A stretch of DNA of 64,000 nt, from NCBI RefSeq assembly GCF_963676685.1, contig NC_092344.1, forward strand, positions 1,116,001 through 1,180,000, written 5' to 3'. A program made the translations under genes and the position numbers. The notes beneath the pieces are model-generated. The model was not told the DNA's origin. It saw only the letters and a program-made list of their open reading frames with translations, and ran no database searches. Below, piece by piece: positions 37,671-50,033 of the stretch. Origin of the DNA: Mytilus edulis. Its lineage: Eukaryota. How positions within the stretch are numbered: the stretch's first letter is position 1; each line of letters begins with the position of its first letter.

Positions 37671-40513
37671 GGGTCAAAATAATGAAATGACTGAAAAAAA
37701 TCCTCTTTAATATATATCAATGGTTAGTCCATTCCAAATTTGTGCTAGGCTCTCTTTGGCTACACTCAAATACTTGACTTTAATAAGACATGTGACTGAA
37801 GTAATTAGCAGATTTTATTTGATACAAGTACTTTCCTCTGACATGGGAAAATGCATTTTCACCATTTAGCTGTAATACTATTCACATAAAGTAAGCAGAT
37901 CTTCAAAGAAATTGCGCAATGTCAATAAACAATTCAAATCTTCAAATGAAGTCACAAAAAATGCAATATCAAAAATTGTGTGTCAAACTCCTTTAGAAAT
38001 TCTTTGAAACTATAAGTACATTAAAATATTATACTTCTAGAAATGAAATAGAGGTACTTAGAATCACAGTTACATTAAGACATGTGGTGCCATATCTTGA
38101 AGCATGTAAGCTACACTTCTCACACAATCCTCTTTTATATATCCCACAAGACTTTCACACACTTTTCTGTCTTAAAGTCAAAGATCTTCATTTTGCAAGA
38201 AGACTAGTCTGACAAGCAAGTGACCAGGTCTTGAAATTGTAACTACTCTTGATTGATTGATTGTTTATTGTTGTTTTAATGCCGATCTGGGGTTATTTTG
38301 TGGCGGTTAGTTTTTACTCTTGAAGCAATGAGATAGACCAAAGATTTATATAAACCTAGCTAGTGTCCTATGTATTACCTTGATTGACCCAAGCCACTTT
38401 AAAATTGAAAGTTACTCTGATTGGACCCAAGTTCTGAAAGCAAAAAATTATAATTGTATTGAGAAAAAAGGTCCAGGTGGATTAATCTTGTTTTTTAATT
38501 CCATCTGTAATCACTTGTTTCGCAGGGGTAGATCCAGCCATTTATAAAAGGAGGGGACAGGGTGGGGGCTCCTAACTTAGGATAAAGTGGCTTTTAACTA
38601 TATGTCCCCCATTCAAAGTATTGATCGTAAAAAATAAGGTGGGTTCCAACCATCTGAACCCCACCCCCTGGATCTACCACAAGGTGAGCTAAAAAAAAAT
38701 ATATTAGATGCAATGTCACTGGGAACTGAAGATCTAGAATTTAGCCAATAACTATTGAATTATTGGAGCATATGTTCTTTTGTTCTGCAAAAATTGAGAC
38801 AGGACAGATTTCACAAAAAATTCAAACTTGCATTTTTAATTTTTGATAGCATTTATTATTTCCTGTTTAATTATAAATAATCCCAGTTTTTGTCAATTCT
38901 TCAACAACTGCCATAATAATAATAACATGCAAAGCTTTCTAAATTTACAGTATACAAAAAAAGATTTGAAAAACAATGAAAATTACCTGTGTGTGCAGCA
39001 GTCTTCTCAATTCTCAGAAAATAATTCCTCAAATCAATTACTACTGTTATAAGTTCATTCTTACACTGATCAATAAAATAAAAGGAAATCTCTCAAATCA
39101 ATACTAATCCAAAATAAAAAAGTATAAAAATGTCAATTAAAATATTCCAATCAGATACAAAATGGATTTCTCATGTACATTTAGACGGAAAATAAACAAA
39201 CGTTTCGTCTGTAATGATTTTGTTACTAGTGTGTTTCCTCTAATCACAATCTGGCAGTAGGCCCTCTTGGTATTAGAGAGGGGGTAAACTGTAGCTATTA
39301 GCATCTTTAATTATCACAATGGCTTTCATTACTTTCTGCAAACACTTATACTTTTTTATTATAAAGGAGATACATTCTGAAGATTTTATTACTGTGAATG
39401 TAGATAAAGAAATACAGGTTTAGAAGTTCTAAAATAAGGAGGAAATATAAAAGAAAGAAAAATTACAGAATTAGATGACAGGAAAAGAAATAAAAGAATA
39501 TACTCAAGTGAAAAATAGTTCATAAAGAAGATCTGAGAGGAAGATAGTATAGAGCAAAGTTTAAAGCACCCTATTAACAGATTCCAAATGAGTTCAAATT
39601 TTTTAAGATATAATCATGAAGAACAATAGGATAGCTAATGTACATAATTATTACCTTGACTAGAAGTTAGAATGGAGCTACCCACTATTCCATTAAACCA
39701 TGTTTCATTATTCACATGATAGTATTGCTTGTTTTGAACACTGACTATATCCAAAATATCAAAATTAACCTAAAGCAGTCTATCTTCCCTTTTACATGTT
39801 TATGTGTACAATTCTATGAAACAAGTTGTCTGGGAAAAGCAATTAACCTGAATTTTGGGTAAATCTAATATACCCATTGGTTGGTCAATCTCAAAGACAA
39901 ACCAAAACTTCCAATTGACTTTTTTTAAAGTTTGAAATAAGCGATACCCTTTTGTTCCCCCTAACGAGTGTATAAACCTGGTGAATTATACCTGTAATCA
40001 GCTGATCAGTCCTGTCATTCTGGTGCCAAACTAAACCTCTGGTATATTAACTTCAAAAACCGTGATTTAACCAGCTTGTGTCACAGTCATCTACGCTGAT
40101 AGTACTAATCTTTATCATACACCATGCTGATATTTAAATGAAGTAGAAACCACTGACAAATCTTATCTGTAAATCTCCGCAGATGCTGGCTTCACTTTAC
40201 ACCTGCAATTTAAATCAAATCAAAACAACATTTTAAATTTTGATTCCGTAATTGAGTAATGAATGCACAGCAGTAGATTCAATAGATCTTTACCAACAAG
40301 TCATTAAAATCAAATCTAAAACACACTGAGAATTACTGAAACATTGTAATGAAGGTACATTTACCTCCAGTAAATAATGTAAACTCATGTCTCAGCCTCA
40401 ATTAATCTGGTACTTCAGTGGACCTAAAATGAATTGAGAGAGAAAAGAATTGATTCCATGGAAATTTTAAAATGTATTGTATATATTTTGCTTTTACAAC
40501 ACACTAACATAGC

Positions 40514-40652
40514 CAGTGGCAGATCCAGAAATTTTCATATGTGGGGGCCAACTGACTGCCTATGACGGGGCCCACTCCAGTCACGCTTCAGTGATTCCCT
40601 TTATAAGTAACCAATTTTTTTCCCAAAAAGGGCCCCCCTAAATCCACCTCTG
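40514..40652. mobile_element. hAT-type MITE with 5-bp TSD
   Basis: CAGTGGCAGATCCAG...AAATCCACCTCTG flanked by ATAGC/ATAGC. Decayed relatives at 21113-21244, 22866-23003 and 41648-41800. Confidence 0.85.
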
Positions 40653-43600
40653 ATAGCAGCTTCAGGTGGAATCAAAGACAGTTTTATGCATCCACCCCTT
40701 TTTAGATTTTTAAGCATAGAATTGTCCATTACAATCCAGAAGCAATATATCATACTGTTTTTGGTTGTCTTTCTTGCTCACTCTATTCTTTAATTTGTGT
40801 TTTGTATAAATTATTATTTGTCCTAATTAAATTGTTTTTTATTTTTTGCCAAGGCGTTGTCAGTTTAATTTTGACTTGTGATTGTTCATTTTAATCCAGA
40901 AGCAATATACATAATAACGTATACAGCTGAGGACCACCTCCAGGTGCATGATTATTTTCTCTCTGCTTTGAAGATCCATTGGTGGCCTTTGGCTGTTATC
41001 TGTTCTTTGGTGGGTTGTTGTCTCTTTGATATATTCCCTATTTCCATTCTCAATTATTATCTCAATAATTTAAGTATACTAGTTAATAGTGTTTTTTTTT
41101 AAATTGTTTTCCTCTTTGACATGTGGGATCATTGTATCAACATAACAGTATTTGTGGTTGTTTCAAATATTGGATACAAACTACAAATTTAAGAAGCCAT
41201 TTATTTGATTGATCCATATGTATGTTTTGATTTATTTCAATACAATGTTTCCAGTCTCTTTGCAATTCTAATCAATAATTATGTGCTTACTGTGGAATCA
41301 ATCTGGATCATCTGTACTTAATCTACCTGTGTTTACCTGACATCTAATTGAACACACCTTTCAGGTAGAGTTGTCACAGTAAACAATACCTAGATAAAAA
41401 GAAGTAATGCAAATTAAGTTCCTGAAACATGAAATAAAGTCAGAGAAGAAAGAGCCATAATTTCTTTATCGATTGATTTAAATTCCTGCATGATGTTTTC
41501 CTCATTAACCTCTAAGACAAGTTCCAAGAACAATTGTCATTTTGTTGTTTCTAAAATCTTTACATAACAATTGCAAAGAAATTCAGTGCAAAATAACTTA
41601 GTTACCAGGTCATCTGCAATAACAGCTATTCTTATAGTATGTCAATTCTGAGGTGGATTAAAGAAGAGCCAGTGGGAAAATTACTGATTGATCATTAAGG
41701 GAATCAATGAATTATGACTAGACTGGGTCTCCTCTTAGGCACTGGCAGTCAGGGGTCTGGACCACCCATCCCCCTTTGAAAATTTCTGGATCTGCCAATG
41801 CATTCATGCAGCTATTCACAGGGCTCGACAATAATGCTTGTCCAAATGTCCAGTAATTGATAAAAATGTAAAGTAGTTTTAAATTTTAATTTCCATTAGA
41901 TATAAATTAGGATTTTTGCATGCACCAATTAAGTAAACTTAGAAATTAATATTGCTAATGAAATGTAAAAATTCACATGTTCGCAAAGTAAATGACAGTC
42001 AGATTGCAACAGTGGAAGGTCTCAAGCACTGCTAATTTGAACCTCTGTGATGAAAGTCAGTTTTGATTGGTTGAAATTTCCAGTACACCTGGCTGTATGA
42101 TGAGAGTCTGGGTTGAGAAAGCTATAAACCCAGTTTTGAGGTACCAGTAGAGAACTACCCACCTGGCAATCCTAGCATAGATATTCCACAAAATAAAATT
42201 CTGTAAGAAGAATATTTGATATACTCTATTAATTCACAGAATTTCAGATTCGTCTGCTTTAATGTGTCATAAATGATCATCTTATCTAAAGGATATCAAT
42301 GTTAGTAAATAATACCCAAAGTTTTTATAAAACTATGTAAACATTATCTTAATTATCCCAGGAACCACCACTTTTCTGGTATCTAACTCTACAGCGTTAT
42401 TAATGCCCTTAAAATTAGTTATAGTACTTGACAAGATATATAAACCAACTGAAGCCATTATTTTAATCATGAATCACTGTCAATCGTGATTATGTTCAAA
42501 CTATAAATTAAGATTCTTCCATTATCATATTATCATTCTAAGGTGCCAGACGTTTTCACAGACAATTTCATGAACATGATCCTGATGATATTCTCAAGTA
42601 AATGATACAGCATTAGGAGAGAGCTTCTTTTTTTTCTTAATTCTAAATGATTAATTTACAACTTTTAACATTAAACAATTTAATTTTCACTCAACTGATT
42701 CATGTAGTTTAAGAGATTGTAATTTATTTTGTACAGTCTAAGAAATAAGCCCAAGAATTTGCATCAAAATGATGTTGAATTATGAAATTTCACTTTCTTG
42801 TACATTGATGTATGACTGTGTAACACTGTTAATAAAAAGTGTTAAGGCAACAAAAATATATTTGCATGTTCATTTCATGCCTCCTGCCAGACAATAGGGT
42901 ATTTTTGACACGTTTTTGATTTTATTCTTCTAAATATTTTAAAATATAATGATAATAAGGAAATAATCAGGACTTAAATGCTGCTCAACCCAAAAAGTCA
43001 ATAAAATGTGTTGGTACTTTATTTTCTTGACCTTATTATATCAATAAGTCTTCTGAATTTCACTGGATATTCAGTTGAGTTCTTCAAAATAATTATCTTA
43101 TAGTGGGTCAAACTACCTTTTACAATAGACTAAACAGTCAAGCAAACCAACTTAGAAAGGTATTTTACAAATGTATCTATACAGGATATTTGGTGTATTC
43201 TTTACAATAAAGCAAAGGTGAAATCAATAGGAGTCTAGTTCAAATACCAATTTCAGGATGGGGACCATAGCCTGATCTCTTCTAAAGAGGAGATAACAAA
43301 TAATAAGGGGAAAAGTTACTCATCACTTGTAAAACAGCAGACAAGCAGATTTGTGTTATCAGAGAATTTTTATTAAAAATTGTGGAAAAGTGAGGGGTTA
43401 TCAGTAAAATCTAAATAACAAGTATGATTTTTGTACTAGATATCATACTGATATTTATTTTTCTGTAGATGTTGTGATAAAATATTGATTTACATTCATA
43501 GTTGTATATATTTCAGTCATAAAGGGATTTGATGGGAATCATGACATCAGCTAAAAATATTTGAATTTTTTTTCATTATTTCTTTTTTCAGTTAATCCAA

Positions 43601-44349
43601 TCATTGATATGATCTGTCAAATGTAACCACTTTGGAAACGCAGAAGTGTGTCTTTGCGATCAGTTAATCAAATTTCAATTGGTCCAACAATCATCAACTG
43701 TTAACACAGAGATATGCCTTGCCTTCTTATTTTTGATAATTGCAAATATGCAAAAAGGCCATATCTAGTTCTTTTTGTAGGATCATCTAAATTTAATTCA
43801 ATATATCAGTGCAAATGTACTCTTTCGTTTCATTGCTTTGATTGGTTAATGTCTAACTAAATCAAACTTTTTTAATGGAATATTTAATGAACAACAATAA
43901 AAAGAAATAAAGTTTTAATTGATAGCTTTTCACTTTAATGAGTTTTCCTTTCTTTAAACATGCTCTTGAATGAATGTTAAATTTATATTGTACATTCATG
44001 ACAAATGGCTGTTGAATGACTTGACAAGATAAATTAAGTACAGTCAGAGTAACATTTCGTTTAAATTGAATTGGCACAAAATGTTAAGTTGGATTGACTA
44101 GAAACAAAAGAGTTAAAAACAAACATATTATGGATGTAAATTTTGTCAAAAGAGCAATGTAAACAAACATTACAGCATCAAACAAGCCCTGTGTGTATCC
44201 TTTAAATTCTTAATTATCAAGTACAGTACATGTAAAAAGTAATATAACAAAATCACCGACCTTTAGAAAATAGTGGATTAAACCTGGTTTTATGTACTGT
44301 TATGTCTTGGACATACACATTTATGCAGAAAAAACAACAAAAAATATCT

Positions 44350-44592
44350 AAAAGAAGAATGTGTCCATAGCACACAGATGCCTCACTCGCACTATCATTT
44401 TCTATGTTCAGTGGACCTTGAAATTGGGGTCAAACTCTTATTTGGCATTAAAATAATAAAGATCATAGCATAGGGAACATGTGTACTAAGTTTCAAGTTG
44501 ATTGGACTTTAACCTGACACTGGACAGACCGACTTACAGATGGAAGATCGGACAGTTAGACAGACCGAAAACCATAAATGGGGCATAAAAAA
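44350..44592 (-). mobile_element. Short decayed HINE (Helentron-derived) element
   Basis: Ends in GACR-type microsatellite remnants and GGGGCATAAAAAA. This end resembles the TTATGCCC..GGGCAT..(GTCY)n piece at 50828-50918. Confidence 0.55.
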
Positions 44593-45594
44593 TGGCAACG
44601 GACAACCTATTACAATGTAGTTTTAATTTTTTTACATTGCAAGGACCAAGAATTTCTAGAAAATTAATCAATAAACATCAGTGATTCCTACAAGTCTCTA
44701 AATCCATAATACAATCATAATTGTAATTTACATTATTCACTGAGGTTTCATTGTTCGTTTAAAATTAGGTTTGTTCATGTAAACAAAATTGTAAGAGGGT
44801 AAGGGCAATAACTCAAACAAGCATTAGGATAGATTTGCAACTCCTGTCACAATTTTGTATTTGCTTTTACTCCATTCCAAACCCAACCTGATCAAAGAAA
44901 ATAGGAGGTACACATAGGTCTACAAATGGTATCTAGAAAAATTGTTATTTATTTTTTAAGATTCAATGTAAATGTTTTTTGAATCAATTGTCAGACAACC
45001 TGAAGTCCGTCTTGCCCACATCTTTGTCATGTGATTATATATATATTCCAAATATGTAAAAATACTAAAATACATGTTTTGTTAGAAATATGATTTTATA
45101 TATAAAATTGAATACTGCCATTAGTAACTTGTGATTCTTTATCGAGAATTACACCAAAGCCAAACTATTGTTTACTAAATTTTATTAACAACAGTAGGCT
45201 AAAGTGATGAAAGGGAAATAATTCAAATGGTAAATTGTTTTGAAACCAGCTTTGAATACAGAAATCAATATAAAAGGCAAGTTCAGCAGTTTATTATGAT
45301 TTGGTCTGTACTTCTTTTTTTATTGCATTTAAAAGTAATTAATTGAATGTAAAAATATATATACAAAGGCTTAACAGTTAGGCCCTGGAAAAAGAAATTG
45401 TTTAGTATTATTTATTTTAGATTGAGGTATAATAACAAAAATTTAGAGTTCCTATGTCCTTTTTCATGTCCTATCAAACTCATTCAAAATAAAAAGGTTT
45501 CATGTTGCCTACATTGCAATAGTCCATATAACTTATATTTCTAAGGAGCTTTATAGTATTCTACTAAAAAATAGTCATTCACCTATAGGCTTAA

Positions 45595-47191
45595 GGTTCA
45601 TCATAACAAACGGACAAATATGGCTGTATTTACATGCCAAAAATTACTCTGAGTACAGACTTACCTGTGCTGTTTGGAAAGTGTTAATGCCTGGCATCCA
45701 CTAGATATAACATGTATAATAAGGTCAAATGCATTTTGTGTGTCAGAAAGATAAAAATCTCTTTTGGATTTTGATGGGCATTTTTTTTTCCATCATGCAA
45801 AAGGTGTGAAAATTAACTAAGTTGAGGTACAACTATGAGATGCTCCCTCAGGTAAAAAAACGATTTGTATTGTTTTGAACCTGGTTGAAATAAAACAAAA
45901 GAATAGAGCTCTTTGTTAGAGAAGGCGATAAACGCTTACTGTAATGTTTACTATAGTGACAAAAATCTTAAAAGTTTAATAGAAACAAACAAAATTACAA
46001 TTTTCTTCTCAATTACGAAGTTTTCAATTTATCTAGTACATAGTTAAGCAGAACAGTTAGATATCAAGTCGACGACATGGGTATCTTTCAAGTTGGATGT
46101 AGAAAATGCATAACCTCTGATTTAAAAAAAATAATTTAATACCACGGATGGAAAACATATCAATCTATTAGTTCAGTAATTTTCGTGTCTGCCCTTCCAT
46201 TATGTGACTCATGAAAAAAATCCAAAAATGGGTAACAATTGTACCGAAAAGAGAAAATCAAGTGCACCTTTTAATGTTAGGGCGTGTTTGAGTTGAATAT
46301 TTTTTCTTGATATCCTACAAAGCAAGAATATTTCATACATCCTCTCGCTTCAGATTCTATCATTTTTATATATCAAAGCTACAGGTTGACTTTATAACAT
46401 AAAAAAAAATCACAGTACTAAAAGATGAAATATATGGGTCAAGAGAAATACCTATCTAATGAATCACAAAACAAGAGTAGGTGTGTTCGAATAGCTATTT
46501 TTTACTGAAAGTACTTGACGACAGTCTTTCAAGTTGGATGATGAAAATGCATATCTTCGAAAAATTATAATTTTTTGTGTGTGATAATTAGGGTTTATAG
46601 TCTTCAACCACTAAAAAATTTCACCTGACAACCGATCAGACAATAGTTTTACGTTGAATCAATGCAGACAAGATCATTAACTGATGCTCATTAGCTAGTT
46701 GATACATTTGTCTTTTAAAATACAACTGACATAAGGATCGTAATGGTGCAATGTGGATAAATTTATCGGTTTCCAAGAGCAAAATTGGCAGCGCTTCATC
46801 CCTACAATGGCTTCCATTTCTACGATTGTGAAAATGAACTGGCGTAATGGGGAGATAATTTTGACGTAGAATTCTGACTGTTAATTGACATGGACAACAG
46901 GTATCTTCACAACTATAGGTGAGTTAAAGAGTTTATCTGAGTCAGTGAGAGGAGAGTATCAAAGCAATTCAGGTGTTTGTTTATTTTTACACCTTCTGCA
47001 GAAAGGAAAAAAAAATGCCCATCAAAATCCAAGAAAGATTTTCTCTTTCTTCAACACAAAATGCATTTAACTTTTATATATCTAGTGGATGCTAGGCATT
47101 AAAACTTTCCAAACAGCACAGGTAAGTCTGTACATAGAGTAGTTTTTTAGGTGAAAATACGGCCATATTTGTTCATTTGTTATGATGAACC
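45595..47191. mobile_element. Non-autonomous Kolobok-type DNA transposon with ~215-bp TIRs
   Basis: TTAA|GGTTCATCATAACAAA ... TTTGTTATGATGAACC|TTAA. The inverted similarity extends 45595-45810 vs 46985-47191. GG...CC termini with a TTAA TSD fit Kolobok rather than piggyBac. Confidence 0.8.
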
Positions 47192-47472
47192 TTAATTTAC
47201 AATTAGTCCTATAATATAAGTCTGAAGGTTTATATCATGCACATTCAATGTTTTTGTTCAATGCAATTTTAATTACCAGGGGGCATACCTCCATTACGTT
47301 AGTTGATCATCAATGTACTGAAGACCATAATCCTCTTTTCAATCATGTCACAAGTGTACCTTAATTTTGTTTAAACTTGACCTTCCGAGTGTTATGGTCT
47401 TTTTTCTTAGTCATAATTTTTTTACAATTTAGTTTTCAACACTGTCAATCAAATAATTTGGTGTTTTTTTAA

Positions 47473-48672
47473 CAGTTTGGGGACAACCCACCAAATAGGG
47501 AACTGTTCCTCAAATGAGTAACAATCCCTCATTTGAGTAATCATTTGGTAGTGCTAAAAAACAAAATTTTCTTAACTGTGTCTTTTTTCTTAAAATGGCA
47601 CATATTCATGAACAAGAGGCTGTCACAACGACAGCAAACCGGATTTATTAATATTTATTTGTGTCCTGGCAATATCACAAGAACCATTACTGATGAATGG
47701 TGAAAGTGAAAATCGTCAATATCAAATTTGACCTCCATTTTATCATCAGTATCAACATCTTAAAATTTGAAAAGCTTAGATTGAATGGTTCATGAGTAAA
47801 TGCAACAACGTGAATTGAAACGCCATTTCACAATCTTTCAAGAACCATAACTCCAGAACGGTAAAAGTCAAAATCGTCATTATTGAACTTGACCTCCATT
47901 TTGTCATCAGTAACAACATATTAAAATTTGGGAAGCTTAGGTAGAACAGTTCATGCGTTAATGCACGGACACGACTGGAAACTCCATTTTTCAATCTTTC
48001 AAGAACCATAACTCCTGAACGGTAAAAGTCAAAATCGCCATTATTGAACTTGACCTCCATTTTGTCATCAGTAACAATATATTAAAATTTGGGAAGCTTA
48101 GGTGGAACAGTTTATGCGTAAATGCACGGACACGACTGGAAACTCCATTTTTCAATCTTTCAAGAACCATAACTCCTGAACAGTAAAAGTCAAAATCGCC
48201 ATTATTGAACTTGACCTTCATTTAGTTGCCAGTAACAACATATTAAAATTTTAAAAAGCTTTGGTTGAACGGTTCATGAGTTAATGCACGGACAACATTT
48301 GATTACCGCCCGCCCGACCACCGTACATCCCCAAATCAATAACCGACATTTTTGTCATAAAAATCCGGTTAAAAATGCAGCAAATTTTCCAAAAGATGAT
48401 TATCCCTATCTTGATTTACTGAGAAGATACAAGCCTATGAAAAATTTGATTATTTTCAAGGCTACTAATTTTTTCAAAACCCCATTATAAAAATATAGTT
48501 CTTTGGTATTAGTTGTAATATAGTTCCATTTTCTATAAATTTATGCCATTTTACCTAAAAACACCCATTTTTTTAAAATTTAGTTTTCAACACTATGAAA
48601 TGATTACTCAAATGAGTAATTGTTACTCATTTTGGGGAATAGCTCCCCATTTGGTTGGTTGTCCCCAACCTG
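47473..48672. mobile_element. MITE with ~100-bp imperfect TIRs, containing a nested HINE
   Basis: CAGTTTGGGGACAACCCACCAAATAGGGAAC... vs ...GCTCCCCATTTGGTTGGTTGTCCCCAACCTG. TSD not clear. Confidence 0.7.
47611..48376 (-). mobile_element. HINE (Helentron non-autonomous) with internal 161-bp tandem repeats
   Basis: SubTIR AACCGGATTT at both ends; terminal hairpin GCTGTC-ACAAC-GACAGC (47619-47635); GCCC-type microsatellite near 48307; AAGAACCATAACTCC at 47840, 48001 and 48162. Confidence 0.85.
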
Positions 48673-48880
48673 ATTAATGTAACACTTTAAGGTATGGGGG
48701 AATTAACAATCAGAAATAATTTTTTTTAATAACCTTCTTGACCAGAATGTTTTATTTCATCAAATTGGGGATCAGAATATTTATTTTAATAAAAAAAAAA
48801 AAACTATAACCATGCCCCCCCTTTTTTACATTTATAAAACACAATTTAACATGTATCAAGTTACAACAATGGGGTAAAGC

Positions 48881-49383
48881 ATATCGTCGCTGTTATACAA
48901 AAACCTCGTATCTAAGGTTTTGATTATTTCACACCAGGCAGTAAAAACTGAAATCTTTTTATCGATTATTTAGAATTAAATGTGTATGTTCCACTGTATG
49001 CGAAAATATCTGATCTTCTAACCAATAAATTACCAAGACGAGCAAAAATGTCTGCACCTATATTGTATTTTTAAAGCTTTTCACATTATTTCTAAGCTTT
49101 ATTAGCTTTGAGAACCTAAAATTGATTCAGTAAACTGTAGCTGTTATGATGTCAGCTGCCGTGCCGTGTGTTTTTCTTTTGAGATACGATATTTTCGAAC
49201 AACAAAATGTCTCACCAATCCGACTACACTTTTTCGTCACATGTCAGAATTCAGGTTAATGATTGGTTAGAAGATCAGATATTTTCGCATACAGTGGAAC
49301 ATACATATTTAATTCTAAATAATCAATAAAAAGATTTCCACAAAAAATTGAGATACGAGGTTTTTGCATAACAGCGACGATAT
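48881..49383. mobile_element. Long-TIR fold-back MITE in a TA/AT context (superfamily unassigned)
   Basis: ATATCGTCGCTGTTATACAAAAACCTCGTATCT ... AGATACGAGGTTTTTGCATAACAGCGACGATAT, plus a second inverted block 48951-49035 vs 49254-49337. Confidence 0.8.
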
Positions 49384-49554
49384 ATATTTCATCATTTGAA
49401 GTCAAAGTCAAACATTTTGCACAGAGTCAGAGAAGGAAAAATAACCCCAAAATAAAAAGGGGGGATACAGATTACAAGTATCGATACCTAATTGAATCAA
49501 TAAATCAGTTTATTGATGGGGAAGTATTTTCTTAGCATTCATTGTAAACAATTT

Positions 49555-49730
49555 ACATACACATTTAAGCTTATCACAATAGTAGTAGACTAGTCTTTTC
49601 ACTGATACTTTTGTGCCATGGTTCTTGATTTCCCGCCAAAAATATTAATTTCTAAATTTGGAATAAAGCTGTCATAGGTAACATTCCGGATGAGATGAAA
49701 CAATAGTTTTTTTCGTGACGTCATTACGTA
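49555..49730 (-). promoter_or_regulatory. Candidate promoter and non-coding first exon of a minus-strand host gene
   Basis: E2F-like TTTCCCGCCAAA at 49629-49640, perfect CRE TGACGTCA at 49716-49723, TTCCGGAT near 49684, and a minus-strand donor T|GTATGT at 49560. It lies at the edge of the CpG-poor domain. Confidence 0.4.
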
Positions 49731-50033
49731 ACAGGGCATGAAATATTGGACCGATCATATAGAAGTCAAGTATTCATAGTTATATAGATATCTATACATC
49801 AACGGAAAGATAATTCCATGAATTTTTCAAATAAATAAAAACTTATATCCAACATTATTGGGTTGGAAATGCATATTGGTACAAGTTATAAGCTGCAATT
49901 ACCATGAATGATCATGAATGTTTATATGATTGTATTACAATAATACTTGGTTTGCTTTTAATTTACTGATCATAATATCAATATTAATACCATGGAAGTA
50001 TTATATTACAATACTTCCATGGTTTATCTAATG

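Noticed and set aside
47776-48490. ORFs within the HINE 161-bp repeats
   Set aside because: They are repeat-derived with no Rep/helicase motifs.
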